From IMG/VR virus record IMGVR_UViG_3300020185_000051, positions 1-62,481 of that record: DNA of 62,481 nucleotides; one strand, written 5' to 3'. Positions 57,326-62,481 of this stretch are shown piece by piece. Each line of letters begins with the position of its first letter. Position 1 is the first letter of the stretch. The position numbers and the translations under genes are program-made. This DNA comes from a virus. Lineage: Duplodnaviria > Caudoviricetes. The notes beneath the pieces are model-generated. The model worked only from the letters and a program-made list of their open reading frames with translations. It was not told the origin of the DNA and made no database searches.

Positions 57326-59761
57326 CTACACTTTATTTTTTAAATTGTCAACCTCTTGTTTTAACAATTCAATTTGTATTTGTTGTTCTTTTATTGCTTC
57401 AATTAATAGACCCACCATATTACCATGTCTAACTGCTAATATTGAATCTACTCCATCTTCAGTTTCTAGTTTATTAGTTTCAAAAACTGCTTCAGGTAAT
57501 ACCTCTTGTACTTCTTGTGCCATTACTCCAGTCATACGATCTTCATGATTAAGATAATTAAATGTATAACCATTTAATTGATTAACCTTGTCTAATGCAT
57601 TTTCCAAACGTTCAATATTTTCTTTTTGTCTTCTGTCAGATACTGTGCCATATGCTGTTATATCTCCAGTAGCTACTATAGCCCCGCTGCCAATTTGGAC
57701 TTTATTAGTTGTGTTATTTCCAAAAATAGTATTCTGGCCGTCAGTTTGTAAATATAATGTAGCCAACGATCCATTATTTCTAGCTATAATTTCATTGGAG
57801 TCCATTGCTATATTTTGTCCAGTAGTTACTCCTACTTGAAATCCATGTCCTGTTGACGTTGCACTTACATCAGCAGTAGCAGTTGCTCTTAATGTAGGGG
57901 CAATTAAGCCGCCAGTCATTGTACTGCCAGATAAATTTACTTTTCCATTTAGATCTGTTTGCAATCCTGTTACATTTGCAATTGTATGGTTATGACTATT
58001 ATCAGCAACTGTTGCAGCAATAGTAACATTATTTAAATTAGTCATTGTAGCAGATCCGCTTAGATCTCCATTTAATGTTATAACTGGGTCATTAACATTA
58101 AAGTTTAATTTGCCGTTAGTGTCATCATATGTTACTGATATTCCACTTTCAGTATTACCACTAACCATTCCACCGACAATATCCTGTACATCCTCAGCGT
58201 TAAATGTCGAGGTTACATATCTACCATCTAAGTCAACTGTTAAATCAAGAAGTGAACCAGTACGTCCAACTGTAAGTATACCATTGGTTGTATTAAATCC
58301 TAGAGAATCAACGAATTCATTTGTGTCAGTAAACGTTGTAATATAACCAGCACCGTTTGTCAACTGATTATTGTTTGTTGGTATAGTTGGTTTATTAATT
58401 AAGTCTGTATAACTGCCACTAGTTGCTACTGTTGCAAGATCAGCCGTGTTTGCCTTATTAGCAATTTGGTTTGTAATTGTTGTACTAAAATTTGCATCAT
58501 CACCAAGTGCCGCTGCTAATTCGTTTAATGTGTCTAAAGTCGCTGGCGCTGCGTCTACAATATTAGATACTGAGTTATTAACAAATGTTTCAGTAGCATA
58601 ATTTCCTGCATCTATAATAGTTTGTACTCTTGCAGACGTAAAATAAAGGTTGGAAGGGCCTTCAGTTAAATCATCAGTTGTATTTGCTGACAAGTCGTAA
58701 CCACCACTTGCTGTTGTTGCAGATGCGATTGACAATGTATTAAGTGAATCATTATAAGTAAGTGTTATGTTACTACCAGCAACCAATAGGTTTGAAACTC
58801 TATCATCAACACGTTCATTTGTATAGTACAATGGACCATTTTCAGCAATATCACTTGTGTCGAGAGCATCTGCATATGTTTGTGCTGACGATAATGCGTT
58901 ATTAGCTTTTGTAGTTGCATCTGTTGCTGCTGTTGAAATTGCATCTGCTTCTGCTGAATCAATTCTATTTTTAATAGTGTTGCCAATTGTGCCGTTAATT
59001 GAAGAGTCGCCAATAAGTGTAGTATCTCTAAAATCAGTATAAATGTTTGCTGCTGAAATCGCATCTGCTTCTGCTGTATCTGCTTTTGTAGTTGCATCTG
59101 CTGCTGCTGTTGCAATCGCATCTGCTTCTGCTGTATCTGCATATGTTTGGTAAGCACTTGTAATTGCAGTTTCACGGGTATCTGTATATGTGTTTGCATC
59201 TGATTCTGCTGTATCTGCATATGTTTGGTATGCACTTGTAATTGCAGTTTCACGTGAATCAGTATATGCATTTGCATCTGATTCTACGGTATCTGCATAT
59301 AATTCATATGCAGTCGTAATTAATACTTCACGACCGTCAGTATATAGATTTGCATCTGATTCTGCTGTATCAACATATGCTTCTGTAGCATAACCTGTCA
59401 AGTCTGTGCTTAATGTTGATAAGTCAACACTGTTACCATTACTTATTGTTAGATTTGGATTACTAAATGATAATGTTTGGCTGTCAGTTTCTGAAGTAAT
59501 GTAACCTACATCATTTGTAAATGCACTAATATTAGTAGGTACTTCACCAGATGCATCAATTGACACTATGCCATTAGATTCAGTTACAACAGTTAGTCCT
59601 GCCCCAGTAATTGTAACTGGTTGTCCTCTGTTTATGGGTGTTGAATTTACACCATCAGATATTGTAATTACGTTGTCTAATACATTAGTTGTATCAATTG
59701 TGGTATTTGTTACATCACTATTATCTGTAATTACTACATTGTTTAAAATTTTGAAAGCCAC
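57326..59761 (-). CDS. Fibre protein with C-terminal S74 intramolecular chaperone
   Basis: Coiled-coil repeats, TLDTLNELAAA, GDITAYGTVSDRRQKENI...GVMAQEV...LLIEAIKE. Confidence 0.88.
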   Translation of the reverse strand: MAFKILNNVVITDNSDVTNTTIDTTNVLDNVITISDGVNSTPINRGQPVTITGAGLTVVTESNGIVSIDASGEVPTNISAFTNDVGYITSETDSQTLSFSNPNLTISNGNSVDLSTLSTDLTGYATEAYVDTAESDANLYTDGREVLITTAYELYADTVESDANAYTDSRETAITSAYQTYADTAESDANTYTDTRETAITSAYQTYADTAEADAIATAAADATTKADTAEADAISAANIYTDFRDTTLIGDSSINGTIGNTIKNRIDSAEADAISTAATDATTKANNALSSAQTYADALDTSDIAENGPLYYTNERVDDRVSNLLVAGSNITLTYNDSLNTLSIASATTASGGYDLSANTTDDLTEGPSNLYFTSARVQTIIDAGNYATETFVNNSVSNIVDAAPATLDTLNELAAALGDDANFSTTITNQIANKANTADLATVATSGSYTDLINKPTIPTNNNQLTNGAGYITTFTDTNEFVDSLGFNTTNGILTVGRTGSLLDLTVDLDGRYVTSTFNAEDVQDIVGGMVSGNTESGISVTYDDTNGKLNFNVNDPVITLNGDLSGSATMTNLNNVTIAATVADNSHNHTIANVTGLQTDLNGKVNLSGSTMTGGLIAPTLRATATADVSATSTGHGFQVGVTTGQNIAMDSNEIIARNNGSLATLYLQTDGQNTIFGNNTTNKVQIGSGAIVATGDITAYGTVSDRRQKENIERLENALDKVNQLNGYTFNYLNHEDRMTGVMAQEVQEVLPEAVFETNKLETEDGVDSILAVRHGNMVGLLIEAIKEQQIQIELLKQEVDNLKNKV
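59125..59385 (-). repeat. 78-nt (26-aa) coding tandem repeats
   Basis: About three copies of TAESDANxYTDxRETAITSAYQTYAD; limits approximate. Confidence 0.8.
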
Positions 59762-59787
59762 ATTATGTCTCCACTTTATATATGTAT

Positions 59788-60255
59788 TTATACAAAATTA
59801 TCATATTGCTTTATAAGATGCAAGACATCATCAAGTGTTTTTGCGCCAGAATCTTCAACGAACATTGTAATTAGATCAGCTAATTGGCCGCTGTCAAATT
59901 TCTCTATAGACGGTACTTGTTTAAAATCTAAATTGTCACATTTATATACTATACAAGGTATATTATCAAGCCCGGCTAGCCAATTTACTGTAGCACTATG
60001 TTGTCCTTCCCATAGTATATATTTGTCACCTATGTGAGCAACACTACTGGCTCTAACTATTGCTGGATGATATTCTTTACAGATATCTGCTACATGATCA
60101 GGGTCAAAAGTATCAAGCTGATTTTGAGTTACTAATAAATCTTCAAATGGTATCCATTCAAGCGATAAGTTATTTGTTCGGTTATCAGATAATCTAGTTA
60201 AATTATATTTCTTTAATGATTCACTATGATTATGAAGTTTTGATATATTGGACAT
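59788..60255 (-). CDS. ParB/sulfiredoxin-like domain protein
   Basis: LLVTQ...HVADI...YILWEGQHS...IPCIV; start placed 5 nt after TATAAATA (alternative start 60273). Confidence 0.55.
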   Translation of the reverse strand: MSNISKLHNHSESLKKYNLTRLSDNRTNNLSLEWIPFEDLLVTQNQLDTFDPDHVADICKEYHPAIVRASSVAHIGDKYILWEGQHSATVNWLAGLDNIPCIVYKCDNLDFKQVPSIEKFDSGQLADLITMFVEDSGAKTLDDVLHLIKQYDNFV

Positions 60256-60273
60256 ATAGTTATTTATATTCAT

Positions 60274-60300
60274 AAAAAAAGAGGGACAAATTGCCCCTCT
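60274..60300 (-). terminator. Intrinsic terminator
   Basis: AGAGGGGCAA-T-TTGTCCCTCT-like stem plus T7. Confidence 0.75.
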
Positions 60301-60323
60301 TTCTTATTAGATATGTTTAAGAA

Positions 60324-61697
60324 TTACTTCTTAAGATCTTTAACTTCTGCTGATAATTCCTTAACTGCTTCAATTAATAGACCTGTAATGTTACCATATG
60401 CTACTGAATGAACACCATGTGCATCTGTGTGAACTGCTTCAGGTAATACTGCTAGTAGTTCTTGAGCAACAACACCAGTTGATGTTGAGCCGTCTGCAAT
60501 ACGATCAAAAGTAACACCACGTACTGCTTCAACTTTGCCTAATGCGCCGTCAATAGTTTGGATGTTAGTTTTTAATGATTCATCTGAGTAAGCTGTGATA
60601 TCACCTGATGCTGTTACTGATGCGAAGTTAACCGCACTGGTAGTTTTAACATGCTGATTCATTCCATCTGCATAAGTGTTATCTGTAAAACGACCATCTA
60701 GGTCAACTGTTACTGTGCCACTGTTACGTGATAGTGTTAGAACACCATTGGCTGTGTCGAATGACGCACCTGTTACATATGTGTTGCTGTTAGCATCTGA
60801 AACTGTTACTGATTCTGATGTACCGTCACCTTTATGGATTGTAACTGTATCATTTGAAACTGTAATCGCATCTGTTGCACGTAGTGCTTGTGCTGATGAT
60901 GTTGCTACTTTACCTGCTAATAAACTTGTGATTGATGCTGCATATGATGCATTATCGCCAATTGCTGCTGCTAGTTCGTTAAGTGTGTCTAACGTACCTG
61001 GAGCACCATTTACTACTGCATTAACATGAGAATCAATTTCTGAATCTACTTGAGCTTTTGTATAGTAACGAGTATCGTGTGTGTGCGAATCGTTAGCAAC
61101 TGCAACAGTTAGTGTTTTGTTAGCTGTACCGTCAATTGATACTGAACCTGAAGCATCACCACCTAGTGTAATTGTACGTGCTGTTGCCCATTTTGGTGCT
61201 GAAGTAACTGTAAAGTCAACTTCACTACCTGTATCATCATATGTTACTGTGATACCTGATTCAGTATTGCCTGTTAACATTGGAGAAACAACTACATCTT
61301 GAATTGCTTCTCTAGCTGTTGAACCTAATGTTAATGAACTATTAATATGTAGGTGACCATCAATTTTGATTGCATCACTTGAACCGTTACCTAGTTGAAC
61401 ATCTCTTTTGAACTTAGTGTCTTTGTTAACAACTGTATCAAAATCACTATCGTTTGCGTCTGTAACTCCACCATCTGTAGTAGTTAGTTTTGTTGCTAGA
61501 ATCGAAATATTACGCTCCATGTCAGCCATTCTACGTAGAGATGACTTTGAACCTGATAGTACGATATCATCATCGGCAATTGGGTTAATTGCTGTAACTT
61601 CTTCAAGACTACCTGCTTTGTTGTATTTGTATTTTTTGTTTTTATTGAACGAGAACTTCTGTTGCGAACCGTTGTGTTTAATTTTTCTTGATGACAT
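60324..61697 (-). CDS. Fibre protein with C-terminal S74 chaperone
   Basis: ARTITLGGDASGS, TLDTLNELAAA, GDITAYSDESLKTNI...GVVAQE...LLIEAVKE. Confidence 0.88.
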   Translation of the reverse strand: MSSRKIKHNGSQQKFSFNKNKKYKYNKAGSLEEVTAINPIADDDIVLSGSKSSLRRMADMERNISILATKLTTTDGGVTDANDSDFDTVVNKDTKFKRDVQLGNGSSDAIKIDGHLHINSSLTLGSTAREAIQDVVVSPMLTGNTESGITVTYDDTGSEVDFTVTSAPKWATARTITLGGDASGSVSIDGTANKTLTVAVANDSHTHDTRYYTKAQVDSEIDSHVNAVVNGAPGTLDTLNELAAAIGDNASYAASITSLLAGKVATSSAQALRATDAITVSNDTVTIHKGDGTSESVTVSDANSNTYVTGASFDTANGVLTLSRNSGTVTVDLDGRFTDNTYADGMNQHVKTTSAVNFASVTASGDITAYSDESLKTNIQTIDGALGKVEAVRGVTFDRIADGSTSTGVVAQELLAVLPEAVHTDAHGVHSVAYGNITGLLIEAVKELSAEVKDLKK

Positions 61698-61723
61698 TTT
61701 AACTCTCCTATTTTATGAGTTTT

Positions 61724-61809
61724 ATTGGCACGAAAGGTATACTCTGTATTCCTCACTGTTCTTGCGAACTAAGTGAGGGGCTGTCTCTAACCCCTCACTG
61801 TTGGCCAAT
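61724..61809 (-). promoter_or_regulatory. Structured intergenic RNA element (multi-stem, alternative pairings)
   Basis: ATTGGC/GCCAAT, AGTGAGGGG/CCCCTCACT, GTTC-GCAA-GAAC, duplicated AACAGTGAGG. Confidence 0.5.
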
Positions 61810-61814
61810 GGTTA

Positions 61815-62480
61815 TTATGAACTAAAACCTGTTACTTCTAATTCATCGTCTGTTGCCAAGACACCAGTTTGAATAGTTAGTGTTGTGCCACTAACAGAAT
61901 ATTCTGATGGTCTTAGTACTTGTCTGTTTAACAATACTACATAATGCCTAGCGTTAGATAGCTCACTAAATGTATAGCTAACTGAAGCTGTAGAATTTGA
62001 AGTTGAAACTGCAGAAGTTACATCTACTACTGAACTGTGGAAGTGTGTTAAACTTGATTCAAGGTTACTAATTCCAGTATCTGCGTATCCTTTAGCATCT
62101 ACTTCTGCTTGGTCTGCGTATGCTTGTGCTGTTGATAGTGCTGCATTTGCTTTAGCTGTTGCGTCTGCTGAAGCTGTTGCTTCTGCTGCTGATTGTGCTG
62201 CGTTTGCTTTAGCTGTTGCATCTGCTGCTGCCGCTGATGCACGTACCACGTCTTTTGCTTCTGCTGATGCAATTGCGTCTGCTTCTGCTTGGTCTGCATA
62301 TGCATTTGCTGCTGCCGCACGTACTACATCTTTAGCTTCTGCTGATGCAATTGCGTCTGCTTCTGCTGTATCTGCATATGCATTTGCTGCTGCCGCACGT
62401 ACTACATCTTTAGCTTCTGCTGATGCAATTGCATCTGCTTCTGCTTTAGCTACAGAACCTGTACCTGAGCCTTCAATCGT
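61815..62480 (-). CDS. C-terminal part of an Ala-rich coiled-coil fibre/structural protein (5'-truncated by the window)
   Basis: Frame is open to the window edge; 26-aa repeats, then a VLLNRQVLRPSEYSVSGTTLTI beta domain. Confidence 0.8.
   Translation of the reverse strand, partial: TIEGSGTGSVAKAEADAIASAEAKDVVRAAAANAYADTAEADAIASAEAKDVVRAAAANAYADQAEADAIASAEAKDVVRASAAAADATAKANAAQSAAEATASADATAKANAALSTAQAYADQAEVDAKGYADTGISNLESSLTHFHSSVVDVTSAVSTSNSTASVSYTFSELSNARHYVVLLNRQVLRPSEYSVSGTTLTIQTGVLATDDELEVTGFSS
62250..62450 (-). repeat. 78-nt (26-aa) coding tandem repeats
   Basis: AEADAIASAEAKDVVRAAAANAYAD(T/Q), about 2.5 near-identical copies; limits approximate. Confidence 0.85.
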
Positions 62481-62481
62481 A

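Noticed and set aside
58765-59277. Gln-rich alternative-frame ORF (also 62099-62320)
   Set aside because: By-product of GCA/ACA-rich repeats read in a shifted frame
62250-62450. Possible CRISPR array
   Set aside because: Tandem in-frame 78-nt coding repeats without unique spacers; no cas genes
1-62481. Alternative genetic code or stop-codon reassignment
   Set aside because: Standard-code ORFs tile the window densely, TAA/TAG/TGA all end genes, and there is no suppressor tRNA

Overview
About 62 kb of a low-GC, large T4-related myovirus genome. Gene content and order resemble what I recall of GAP32/RaK2-type jumbo phages, and the phage is probably aquatic; both are inferences, since no search was run. 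Almost all genes are on the minus strand. The window contains: a plus-strand operon of sulfotransferase-like genes ending in a QueC-like gene; three tRNAs (Ala-TGC, Leu-TAG, Thr-TGT); a secreted alginate-lyase-like protein; PAAR, glutaredoxin and class Ia nrdA/nrdB; a large subtilase; a block of probable head-internal proteins, including a ligase-fold protein; a replication/recombination module (gp41 helicase, primase, a ~193-aa miniature DnaE-like polymerase, gp62-like, UvsW, UvsY, UvsX, gp32); terminase; head completion, tube, sheath, neck and tail-terminator genes; Nudix; two glycosyltransferases; and fibre genes with S74 chaperones. Two promoter classes are legible: sigma70-type TTGACA-N17-TAnnnT before replication genes and T4-late-type nnTAAATA before structural genes. 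The most notable observations are the mini-DnaE inside the replisome cluster, four apparently leaderless replication genes, an SD-sequestering hairpin with a late promoter in its loop, two structured RNA leaders in the fibre region, and dispersed tailoring enzymes. I saw no CRISPR array, integrase, intron or active intein. All protein calls come from motifs recognised by eye.
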